From the NCBI GenBank assembly GCA_963706595.1, contig OY970166.1, positions 768,001-832,000 of the forward strand: DNA of 64,000 nucleotides, read 5' to 3'. Of this stretch, positions 29,949 through 39,369 are shown in pieces. Made by a program: the position numbers and the translations under genes. How positions within the stretch are numbered: position 1 is the stretch's first letter; the number at the start of each line of letters is the position of its first letter. The stretch comes from an uncultured cyanobacterium. GTDB lineage: Bacteria > Cyanobacteriota > Cyanobacteriia > Cyanobacteriales > Nostocaceae. The notes under the pieces were generated by a model. The model was not told where the DNA came from, ran no database searches, and saw only the letters and a list, made by a program, of their open reading frames with translations.

Positions 29949-30605
29949 ATGATCTCAGGGGAAATTAAAAGTCAAATCGATAAAATCTGGGATGCTTTCT
30001 GGTCGGGTGGTATCTCTAATCCCCTGGAAGTGATTGAGCAAATTACTTACCTGCTGTTTCTGCGTCGCCTCGACGATTTACATACTCTGGAAGAAAACAA
30101 AGCCAACCGACTCAAGCGCCCGATGGAACGGCGGATTTTTCCAGAGGGTGAAGATATTAAAAAGCGTGCTTATGATGACTTGCGGTGGTCGAGGTTTAAG
30201 CACTTGGCAGCACCGGAAATGTTTGCGGTAGTTAAGCTCTTCTAAGGCACATAAGGAACTGCGGCGTTTGTTGGTGGAGGAGCAGAAGTTAGGTGCTGTC
30301 CCGACGGCGGAGGTGTTGAGTCGTTGGCGATCTGCTTTGCAGCAGCGCTTCGCTATCGCGCAATAGTACAGAACAAGAGCGATCTGCTTTGCAGCAGCGC
30401 TTCGCTATCGCGCACGGCTCAGAGTTTTTGCGTACCCAAGGTTGATATTGCTTCTCAGGGGTATGACTTGAGCCTGAATCGTTACAAGGAAGTGGTGCAT
30501 GAAGAGGTGGAACATCGCGCACCTCAAGACATTCTGGCTGATTTGGCCAAGCTAGAAACCGAGATTCAGCAGGGGATGAAGGATTTGGAGGCATTGTTAA
30601 AATAG
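29949..30605 (+). pseudogene. hsdM: Type I R-M methyltransferase with the catalytic middle deleted
   Basis: N-term FWSGGISNPLEVIEQITYLLF; C-term GYDLSLNRYKE..ILADL; two 25-nt inserts. Confidence 0.85.
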
Positions 30606-30621
30606 TTAATACAAGCTAACT

Positions 30622-31206
30622 ATGGGAGAAAAAGCAATGACAGTTGCAGCCGCTAAAAAGATGTCTTTTGAAGAATTCCTTAATTATGACGATGGGACGG
30701 ATACTTTATATGAATTAGAAAATGGAGAATTAATTCCGATGCCTTCGGAAAGTGATATTAATCAAAGGATAGCGATGTTTTTGGTTGCTTGTTTCTTGCG
30801 ATTAGGAATTCCATCTTATCAGCTGCGGATGAAGGCAGAGGTAGCTGTTCATAGCCGACAGGTAGGGGTACGTGTGCCTGATGTGGTGGTTTATTCTGAG
30901 GAGTTAGCCAAAGTAATGCAAGAGGCTACGCGATCGCTGATTTTGATGGATATGCCGCCGCCTTTGTTGGTGGTTGAGGTGGTGAGTCCGAATCAGGAAA
31001 ATCGGGATTATCGTTATAAGCGTTCTGAGTATGCAGCGCGGGGAATTGCTGAGTATTGGATTGTTGATCCGATGGGGCAGAAGGTGACGATGTTGGAGTG
31101 GGTGGAGGGTTTTTATGATGAGCGAGTTTATACAGGGAGTGAGGTAATTTGTTCGCCGTTGTTTGCTGATTTGAAGTTAACTGTGGCTGAGGTTTTACAG
31201 GGATGA
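30622..31206 (+). CDS. Uma2-family endonuclease-like protein
   Basis: YELENGELIPMP, VPD, LVVEVVSP, GIAEYWIVDP. Confidence 0.92.
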   Translation: MGEKAMTVAAAKKMSFEEFLNYDDGTDTLYELENGELIPMPSESDINQRIAMFLVACFLRLGIPSYQLRMKAEVAVHSRQVGVRVPDVVVYSEELAKVMQEATRSLILMDMPPPLLVVEVVSPNQENRDYRYKRSEYAARGIAEYWIVDPMGQKVTMLEWVEGFYDERVYTGSEVICSPLFADLKLTVAEVLQG

Positions 31207-31209
31207 AAT

Positions 31210-31506
31210 ATGATGAAAACTATTAATGAAATTCGACAAGTTTTATCACTACAAAAGCAATCGCTCTGTGAAATTTATCAAATTACAGAAATTGGCATCT
31301 TTGGTTCTTATGCTAGGGGTGAGGAAACAGAAGCAAGTGATATAGATATTTTGGTTGATTATCAAACAGCACCGACTTTTATTATGTTGGTGGAACTTAG
31401 GGATTATTTAAGTCAGCTTTTTGGCTTGAAGGTAGATATTGTTACTAAAAATGGGTTAAAGCCTCGAATGCGCGATCGCGTATTGTCTGAGGCTATCTAT
31501 ATATGA
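31210..31506 (+). CDS. Minimal nucleotidyltransferase (MNT) antitoxin
   Basis: GIFGSYARGE...SDIDILVD. Confidence 0.9.
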   Translation: MMKTINEIRQVLSLQKQSLCEIYQITEIGIFGSYARGEETEASDIDILVDYQTAPTFIMLVELRDYLSQLFGLKVDIVTKNGLKPRMRDRVLSEAIYI

Positions 31507-31513
31507 AACGAAG

Positions 31514-31826
31514 GTATCCCCTCAATATTTCGGGGTTAAGAGTTATTGGGGCATCAATGAATAACCAAAGGAATGAAGAGAAGACTGCTCACGAATAATA
31601 GTTGCCAAAGAGGGAATATTCCCAAGATGAGAAATACGGTCACGCACATACTCAAAAAAGCTAATTCCTAACTTACGAGTAGTAGCAACAAGGGACATAA
31701 AAGTATCCCAAGCCTGAGTACCTTCTAGAGTTTGAGTAGCATAACTAATATTACGTCGCTGCACCATCGTCCTGGCAGCTAACTCCGCTGGATTATTATG
31801 CAAAGGTAACTCAGGATGCTCTAAAA
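31514..31826 (-). mobile_element. IS66-family 3' fragment
   Basis: PELPLHNNPAELAAR..RRNIS; GTA-start terminus at 31514; 5' part cut by the IS1634-type end. Confidence 0.8.
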
Positions 31827-32626
31827 CCCACATTCCGCACCTTCAACTGTCACAAGCGGTAATTACTGAAAGAAAAATGTAAATAAAGAATAAAATCAGA
31901 CATTTGTAGGGAGAAAAGATTTTGACCAGTCATTAATCTGACAAAATAGCATCAGAATGTATTGTCAATAAGGAGGAATAAAAATGAGAACTAAATTTAT
32001 GATGATTTGATAGATAAATATCTATGCTAAATCTCTAAATTCGCAATTTTACTAATATATACAAGCGACAAACCTAGATTTTAAACATATTAATTGACAA
32101 CTAACTGTTACATCAATTAGCCCGGTAATCAAAACTCAAATAACTAATTAAATACGCAATTTCGAGAATAGTTAGGTAACGAATTTATAGTAACGATGAC
32201 AATCTGATGGTAACAATGTCAGAATAAACTCTCTATCCTTATTCTGATTAGAGATTTGATTTTAAATCATTAATTATTTCTACCAATCCAATGGCATCTA
32301 CCATTCCTGCTACTATGCCTAAACTTTTCTATATTTTGGATTTGGATTTCTTTTAGATTCAACATCACTACAGGATTCTCCATGAATTCTGTAGTAATTT
32401 TCTCATTTCTATTTTGGTTAACAATTAATTTTTCTAAACTTTTTCTAGATTTTCATATTCCGCCTGCAATCCTCGTTTTTACCTGAAAGCTTTGCTAATT
32501 GGCAGTTGTTTGGTTTTGTAAGACTAATTCTGATTAAGCCCCTTTACTTTTAATTTGCTTTAGTTCCCATGTACTACTTGGAGGCTCTTTTCTTGATGTG
32601 TGACAGTCGAGGGTGCGGAATGTGGG
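31827..32626 (-). mobile_element. 800-bp non-autonomous IS1634 deletion derivative
   Basis: Both TIRs present; transposase N-terminus joined to C-terminus QISNQNKDREFILTLLPSDCHRYYKFVT*. Confidence 0.85.
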
Positions 32627-33439
32627 TTACACACAGTCAGTGCATGGTCAAGTGAACACCGTTTGGTCTTGGGACAAACAAAAGTCAGTGATAAATCTAA
32701 TGAAATCACCGCAATTCCAGCACTGTTAGAAATGCTAGACATCTCTGGCTGCATCATTACTATTGATGCGATGGGGACTCAAAAATCGATTGCCCAGAAA
32801 ATTATTGCGGCTGATGCGGATTATATTCTGAGCCTGAAAGATAATCATCCTACACTGCACCAGCAAGTTAAAGCTTGGTTTGAAACAGCCCAATCCAATG
32901 GATTTAAAGATGTTGATGTGAGTAGGAATCAACGGATCGAAAAAGGACATCACCGCATCGAGAAGCGTCAGATTTACACCGTACCAGTGTCACAACTTCC
33001 TGCTCTTTATGAACAAGATTTGTGGACAGGACTCACAACAGTTGTGATGGTAGTGCGTTCGATTCAGCATTGGAATAAAACTACCCAGGAGGTGCAATTT
33101 TACATTACTAGTCTTACTAGTGATGCCCAAAAAATTGGTAGTGCAATTCGACAGCATTGGGGGATTGAAAATTCTGTTCATTGGACATTAGATGTCACTT
33201 TCAATGAGGATGAATGTCGAATTCGTTCTCTGCACAGTCCACAGAATTTTTCTTTGCTACGTCGCATTGCTCTTAATGCTTTAGAGCGAGAATCATCTTT
33301 CCGCCGCAGTATTCGCCAAAAGTCACGGCGAGCCGCTATGAATGATCAGTATATGCTTTCTGTTTTGGCCGCATCTCTCCCAAATTCAATCCTCTCCTAG
33401 AATCCGACTGTCAATAGGGTTTGAGATGCGCTAACCCTG
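32627..33439 (+). mobile_element. ISAs1-family 3' part, inverted duplicate of 23183-23995
   Basis: Identical 266-aa translation; TIR TGAGATGCGCTAACCCTG. Confidence 0.9.
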
Positions 33440-33723
33440 GTTATATTAATTTATCAGGTGAATTAATAATCAATCCCCAGTTTGATGCTGCTGAGATATT
33501 TGAGCAAGGTATAGCAAAAGTTAGAATTGGTAACAAGCATGAGTATATTAACTGCAAAGGTAAAAAAATTAATAATGTAGACTCTAACATCATGGTTAAA
33601 GAATTACCAAAAACACCAGTAATATATAATCCTTCACCACTGACTCCCACCAAAGAAGACACCCAAAATTCACACTTATTACATACAAGAAGACGCAAAA
33701 GAAAAAATACATCGTCAGGCTGA
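33440..33723 (+). pseudogene. WG-repeat protein C-terminal fragment
   Basis: GYINLSGELIINPQFDAAEIFEQGIAKV...YINCKG. Confidence 0.7.
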
Positions 33724-33798
33724 TCATCCCTTGTTACTTCCCCTAAAGCGCTATTCTTGTCACAATGGTGATATATCTACCTCTAACTATAAAAAACT

Positions 33799-35271
33799 AT
33801 GCTTATCCAAGAGAAAAAGCAATACAACTGGAAACCTATTATTAAAGCATTTGAGGCTGTAGTTGGGAAAAATGGTGTGGTGCAACGGCGGGAAGAACTC
33901 ATCACCTATGAGTGCGATGGCTTAACCAGTTATCGTCAACGTCCGGCTGTGGTAGTTTTGCCCAGAACAACAGAACAAATTGCCGAACTGGTGAAAATAT
34001 GCAATAAATACTCTGTAACCTTTATCGCCCGTGGTTCTGGGACTGGTTTATCTGGTGGCGCTTTACCTTCGGAAGATTCGGTTTTGATTGTCACTTCCTT
34101 AATGCGGCAAATTCTCAATGTGGATTTAGATAATCAGCGCATTGTCGTACAGCCAGGAGTGATTAATAGCTGGGTAACGCAAACCGTCAGTGGGGCGGGA
34201 TTTTATTATGCACCAGACCCTTCTAGCCAAATTATCTGCTCAATTGGGGGTAATGTGGCGGAAAACTCTGGGGGGGTGCATTGCTTAAAGTACGGTGTGA
34301 CTACTAACCACGTTTTGGGATTAAAAATTGTCACGCCTGAAGGAGACATTCTGGATTTAGGTGGACAAGTGCCGGAAATGCCTGGTTATGATTTAACAGG
34401 TGTATTTGTGGGTTCTGAAGGTACTTTAGGCATCGCTACAGAAATTACTCTGCGAATCCTCAAAAGTGCTGAATCAATTTGTGTTTTATTAGCAGATTTT
34501 ACTAGTGTAGAAGCGGCTGCGGCTAGTGTTTCTGATATTATCAGCGCCGGAATTATTCCCGGTGGGATGGAAATGATGGACAACATTAGCATCAATGCTG
34601 TTGAGGATGTTGTGGCGACAAATTGTTATCCTCGTGATGCTACGGCAATTTTATTAGTAGAAATCGATGGTTTGGATGTGGAAGTTGAGGTAAATAAACA
34701 ACGGGTGGCGGAAATTTGTAAAAAGAATGGGGCGCGGAATGTAACTTCTGCTAGTGATTTAGAAACTCGCTTAAAACTTTGGAAAGGTCGGAAGGCGGCT
34801 TTCGCTGCGGCTGGACATTTAAGCCCAGATTATTATGTTCAAGATGGGGTGATTCCTCGGACGCAATTAACTTATGTTTTGCAGGAAATTGAGGCGTTAA
34901 GTCAAAAGTTTGGTTATAAAATTGCTAATGTGTTTCACGCTGGTGATGGCAATCTCCATCCTTTAATTCTATTCGATAATGCTGTGCCGGGAGCGTTGGA
35001 AAAAGTTGAGGAAGTGGGCGGAGAAATTCTCAAGCTTTGTGTAAAGGTAGGCGGTAGTATTTCTGGTGAACATGGCATTGGTGCAGATAAAAAATGCTAT
35101 ATGCCTGATATGTTTAGTCCGGCTGATTTGGAAAGTATGCAATGGGTCAGGCAAGTTTTTAATCCCCAGGGTTTGGCAAATCCTAATAAGATTTTCCCCA
35201 CGCCTCGCACTTGTGGTGAAGCGGCAAATGCTGTCAGTATGAAGCAGTTTGCGGGGGTGGAACAATTTTAA
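33799..35271 (+). CDS. glcD: Glycolate oxidase/dehydrogenase FAD subunit
   Basis: APDPSSQ, ENSGGVHCLKYG, HAGDGNLHP, SGEHGIG. Confidence 0.95.
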   Translation: MLIQEKKQYNWKPIIKAFEAVVGKNGVVQRREELITYECDGLTSYRQRPAVVVLPRTTEQIAELVKICNKYSVTFIARGSGTGLSGGALPSEDSVLIVTSLMRQILNVDLDNQRIVVQPGVINSWVTQTVSGAGFYYAPDPSSQIICSIGGNVAENSGGVHCLKYGVTTNHVLGLKIVTPEGDILDLGGQVPEMPGYDLTGVFVGSEGTLGIATEITLRILKSAESICVLLADFTSVEAAAASVSDIISAGIIPGGMEMMDNISINAVEDVVATNCYPRDATAILLVEIDGLDVEVEVNKQRVAEICKKNGARNVTSASDLETRLKLWKGRKAAFAAAGHLSPDYYVQDGVIPRTQLTYVLQEIEALSQKFGYKIANVFHAGDGNLHPLILFDNAVPGALEKVEEVGGEILKLCVKVGGSISGEHGIGADKKCYMPDMFSPADLESMQWVRQVFNPQGLANPNKIFPTPRTCGEAANAVSMKQFAGVEQF

Positions 35272-35310
35272 TTTTGTGAGGTTTTTTTAAACGCAGAGGG
35301 GCGCTGAGTT

Positions 35311-35781
35311 TTGTTTAACGAAAAACCTGGATTGTGTTGTATACTATCGCTGGCGGATGGTATTGCAAAAAATATGGTGCGGTTTTTGGTGACGGTGATT
35401 TTGGTGGTGTTTTTGGTGGGGTGTGGTAGTGTTGGACTGTTACCAAGTACTCAGTTAGTCCAAAAGGCGATCGCACTCCAGGTTGAACAAACTCGGCAGC
35501 AACTCAATGAAAAACTGGATCTGGATTTTCAAGGTTTTGAAGTCAAAGGCTTAAAAATCCGCCAGGAACAACCTCTGACGATTGAAAGTTTACCGGCGTT
35601 TCAGGTGCGGGGAACTTACGATTTGATTTTAAATCTCCCCAAAAGACAGTTGAAACAACTGCAACAACCTTTTGAGGTTTATCTGCAAATTCAGCAAGAA
35701 GGTAAAAGTTGGCGCTTGCTAGTTCCGGCACTGGATAGCAAAGATTCTCAGAAAAGTTGGCGCAGCTATTTAATTCTCTAA
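35311..35781 (+). CDS. Hypothetical lipoprotein (true start probably the downstream ATG, MVRFL)
   Basis: Hydrophobic stretch ending in LVGC. Confidence 0.7.
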   Translation: MFNEKPGLCCILSLADGIAKNMVRFLVTVILVVFLVGCGSVGLLPSTQLVQKAIALQVEQTRQQLNEKLDLDFQGFEVKGLKIRQEQPLTIESLPAFQVRGTYDLILNLPKRQLKQLQQPFEVYLQIQQEGKSWRLLVPALDSKDSQKSWRSYLIL

Positions 35782-35813
35782 GGTGATGTGCAGATCATCA
35801 AACTATCATACGC

Positions 35814-36650
35814 TTGACAGTAGAATTTTCAGCCATAGCCATGATGGAGGTAATAGTTTCTCCAGGGATTAGGCAAATGAATTTCCGATTTGTGATCAAT
35901 TCTATCGTGGTAATTGTCCTAGCAGTACTTCTAGGTTTTAGCGGACTGCAATGGTTCCAAATACCTGCGGGTAGCTTCCTTGATTGGGTAATTGGTGGTG
36001 CAAGTTTTTGGTGGTTATTAGTAATTGTGACTGTACCTTGGAGTGTACATTTTCAGGCTAAGGAAGTTTTAGCAGCAGCAGCACAATCTCAGGAAAAAGA
36101 AATTCCTGTAGATGATAAACAAGTTAATTATGTCAAAGTTTTAGCCAAGCGATCGCTCTGGATAGCCATTGGTTTACACTTAATTTCAGCCGTGGGTCTT
36201 TACACTCTTGCAGCCACTGGTATCAGCGCTGTGGGATATATCAGTTCTGGTGCGGCTTTATTATTAACCGTCCTGCGTCCAGCTATCCGCGCCTATGAAT
36301 ATTTATATGCAAGGCTGATGATGATTCGCCAAGAATTTCAATATCCCCGTGAGGATGTGATGGAACTCCGCAATCGTTTTTATCAACTAGAGGATATAGT
36401 TAGACGCTTAGAAGAACAACTCAACCCACAGCTAGATTATTCACTACCTGCAAATCAACAACGCTTTACTGAACAAACGCGCACAGATTTAGCCACTTTA
36501 AATGCTAGTTTAGCAGAATTACGCGCTACAAATCAAGTAGAACATGAACGTTTGGCTAGAGAAGCCAGAAGTGCGATCGCTCAACTTTCCACCGATGGAC
36601 AATTTCTCGATCATGTCCGCGAAATCATCCGTTTTTTTAAAACAGCATGA
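35814..36650 (+). CDS. Hypothetical membrane protein with C-terminal coiled coil
   Basis: About four TMs, then heptad-rich tail; start uncertain. Confidence 0.75.
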   Translation: MTVEFSAIAMMEVIVSPGIRQMNFRFVINSIVVIVLAVLLGFSGLQWFQIPAGSFLDWVIGGASFWWLLVIVTVPWSVHFQAKEVLAAAAQSQEKEIPVDDKQVNYVKVLAKRSLWIAIGLHLISAVGLYTLAATGISAVGYISSGAALLLTVLRPAIRAYEYLYARLMMIRQEFQYPREDVMELRNRFYQLEDIVRRLEEQLNPQLDYSLPANQQRFTEQTRTDLATLNASLAELRATNQVEHERLAREARSAIAQLSTDGQFLDHVREIIRFFKTA

Positions 36651-36665
36651 TCTTCGGTACAATCT

Positions 36666-36867
36666 TAGAGATTGTTTGAAAAGTCTAATTTATGACAGCC
36701 CTGGCGACTAGAAGTCGCGGCTATACAAACTAAACCCGCCTGCGCGGGTTAAAAATTCCACTTTTTCATTAGTCCAGGTCGGTGGACTTCCCTACGGAAA
36801 GCCGCTACGCGTCATGCCTGTGTAGTCGCGAATTATATTCGCCCAAAACTTTTCAAACATCCTCTTA
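36666..36867. mobile_element. MITE with (GAG)GATGTTTGAAAAGT-type TIRs enclosing a REP-like repeat
   Basis: tagagattgtttgaaaagt...acttttcaaacatcctctta; inner repeat recurs inverted near 52012-52066. Confidence 0.65.
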
Positions 36868-37019
36868 GTCGCTAGATTGTCCCAAACGTTCCGGATTTTC
36901 TACACCCCGCAACCGATTCCAAAGCTGATAGTCTATCTGCTATATAAATACTAGACAAAGCTAGACATTTACTTCTTACGTCAAAGGGAGCATGGGAGCG
37001 GTTATCCCTCGGTAAGCTT

Positions 37020-38096
37020 TCAAGGTTTAGCCAACCTCGATAAAACTATTGCTGCGTTTAAATCTCTGTCCATTGAATGCGCACAATTTTGGCAATTGTA
37101 AACTCTTTCTGAAAGTGGCATATCTTGAATATGTCCACAATTGGAACAGGTTTTGGTCGATGGAAACCAACGGTCAGCAATGATTATTTCACAACCAAAC
37201 TTCTTAGCTTTGTATTCTAGCTGACGCTTGAATTCATAAAATCCGCAATCAGCAATTACTTGAGCTAATTTATGATTGGATAGCATCCCTGAAACATTCA
37301 AATTCTCTACTACTATCTTTGCGTGGTTTTTGCATAAGTAAGTAGTGATTTGGTGAAGGGTGTTTTTTCTCAAGTTAGCTATCTTGGCATGGTGTCTAGC
37401 TAATGTAATTTTAGCTTTATACCTATTGTTGGAACCCTTGACCTTTCTGGCGAGTTTCCTAGAAAGTCTTTTAAGTTTTCTCAGGTTAGTTTTGTAGTGT
37501 TTGGGGTTAGGAAATACTACACCTGTAGAAAGAGTAGCTAATTCTTTTACCCCAATATCCACACCTACAACTTCATACTTTTTCAGGGTTGGTTCATGCT
37601 CTTGTTCATAAGCAAAGGCGATAAACCAACTGTCAGCAGTACGAGATATAGTGATTGATTTACAAGTGGTATGCGGTAAACCTTCGTAGGTCTTTATCCA
37701 TCCAATTGTAGGCAATTTTATCGACTTGCCACCTACAGGTATAGGTTTTCCACCTGCATCAATAGTGAAAGAATCATTGTGTCCTTTCTTTTTAAAGTTA
37801 GGATAATCACTCTTGGCACTAAAAAATCTAGAGAAAGCATCCCCCAAATTGTCAAAAGAATATTGAGTTATCTTTTGACAAATACCTTTTTCTTTAATCC
37901 AATCAAACTCTGGCTTTACATGATTGTTAAAGAACTTTTTTAATATGTATTTATTGGGCTTAAATCCATCTTCGTAAAGTTGTTTCCAAGTAGCAAGACC
38001 CCAATTGTAAGTAAACCTCGCTATTCCTGCGTGTTTACTCATGATTATCTCTTGATTCTTGGTTAGTTTCAACTTTGTTTTGATGGACAAAAGCAT
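37020..38096 (-). CDS. tnpB: RNA-guided endonuclease TnpB
   Basis: RuvC motifs VGVDIG / IVVENL / DRDLNAA and zinc finger CSNC..CQNC all intact. Confidence 0.95.
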   Translation of the reverse strand: MLLSIKTKLKLTKNQEIIMSKHAGIARFTYNWGLATWKQLYEDGFKPNKYILKKFFNNHVKPEFDWIKEKGICQKITQYSFDNLGDAFSRFFSAKSDYPNFKKKGHNDSFTIDAGGKPIPVGGKSIKLPTIGWIKTYEGLPHTTCKSITISRTADSWFIAFAYEQEHEPTLKKYEVVGVDIGVKELATLSTGVVFPNPKHYKTNLRKLKRLSRKLARKVKGSNNRYKAKITLARHHAKIANLRKNTLHQITTYLCKNHAKIVVENLNVSGMLSNHKLAQVIADCGFYEFKRQLEYKAKKFGCEIIIADRWFPSTKTCSNCGHIQDMPLSERVYNCQNCAHSMDRDLNAAIVLSRLAKP

Positions 38097-38107
38097 TGTT
38101 CGACCCT

Positions 38108-38277
38108 CAAAACTGTATTTCTTGATTAGCTACAATAAACGATGTTTTTACGATGTTGCTCTGTGGGTTTTAATCCCTGAATAATCAATAAGTCGTTCTC
38201 GGTATAAAACCGATGCCCCGATGGTGTTCTTTTTGCTGGTAATTTTCCATAATTCCTTGTTTTTGAGTTTGTGCCAT
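38108..38277 (-). pseudogene. tnpA: IS607 TnpA (MerR-HTH serine resolvase) relic
   Basis: GKLPAKRTPSGHRFYTENDLLIIQG/LKPTEQHRKNIVYC; catalytic domain deleted. Confidence 0.65.
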
Positions 38278-38586
38278 GATTAATTACTCCTTCTCTTTCT
38301 AACAGTAGGCCTGACCTAAATTGAAATGCCGACTGTCAGGAGAAATAGTTGGAAAATGATTTTTTAATCACACCAGACGCAGAGGACACAGAGTTAGGAA
38401 ATTATTGAGTATTTTTTAATCAAAACTCAGCACTCAGCACTCGGTGTAAGGGCGGGTTTACTAAGGATTTTGACAAACCACAGATTGACTGCTTAAACCC
38501 GCCCCTACCCACTCAGCACTTTGCAATACTTTGGGTAGAGGTTACTGCTGAACAATACAGGGAAACTGAATTTAATGTGAGTTTGA

Positions 38587-39291
38587 TTGTGGAGTTTGTT
38601 TGTGGAGCCTATCTATGATCAATCATTCGAGGTCAGACTCCAGGATGTTGTACTTGAACCACAGGAAGAATCATATTATCCTGTCAAGTTGGTAACAGGT
38701 CTGGGTGCAACTTATTGCCGTTACTATCCGGTAAAAGATGCGGAAAAGGCGGTGATTTGGGTGGGAGGTGCTGGTGGTGGCTGGGATACACCGGCGCGCG
38801 GACTTTATCCCCGATTATGTGAGGATTTGAAAAGTGAAGCGATCGCTTCTTTAAGAATACGCTACCGTTACCCCACACAATTGGCAGATTCTGTCCTAGA
38901 TGTGCTGACAGGGCTAACTTATTTACGAGATCAGGGTATCAAATATTTAGCCCTAGTTGGTCACTCATTCGGTGGTGCGGTAGTCATTCAAGCGGCTGCA
39001 CAATCACCTCATGTTTACACTGTTGTAGCACTTGCTACTCAAACAAATGGTATAAATGCTGCACCAGAATTAGCCACACGCTGCTCATTACTGCTACTGC
39101 ATGGCATAGTTGACCAAGTACTTCCTCCTAGTTGTTCACAACAAGTTTATCAGGCAGCTTTACAACCCAAGCACATAATTCTATATCCTGATGCCAATCA
39201 TGGACTAGACGAAGTAGCCGATGAAGTTTACCACGTAGTCCGAGACTGGATTATTCAAAAGTTAAATCGCTCTTCAGTCACATTAATCTAA
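38587..39291 (+). CDS. Alpha/beta hydrolase
   Basis: GHSFGG, LLHGIVD, ANH. Confidence 0.88.
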   Translation: MWSLFVEPIYDQSFEVRLQDVVLEPQEESYYPVKLVTGLGATYCRYYPVKDAEKAVIWVGGAGGGWDTPARGLYPRLCEDLKSEAIASLRIRYRYPTQLADSVLDVLTGLTYLRDQGIKYLALVGHSFGGAVVIQAAAQSPHVYTVVALATQTNGINAAPELATRCSLLLLHGIVDQVLPPSCSQQVYQAALQPKHIILYPDANHGLDEVADEVYHVVRDWIIQKLNRSSVTLI

Positions 39292-39327
39292 CCCATTAAA
39301 AACTACGTTAGCGAAGCTCTTCCGAAC

Positions 39328-39369
39328 TACGAATTACGAATTACGAATTACGAATTACGAATTACGAAT
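39328..39369. repeat. Heptamer STRR (TACGAAT)x6
   Basis: Direct tandem repeat. Confidence 0.9.

Larger units (their letters stand above)
36937..38340 (-). mobile_element. IS607-family non-autonomous element (ends approximate)
   Basis: tnpB plus a frameshifted tnpA relic; right-end tract GTCTAGCTTTGTCTAG..TATATAGCAG. Confidence 0.7.
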
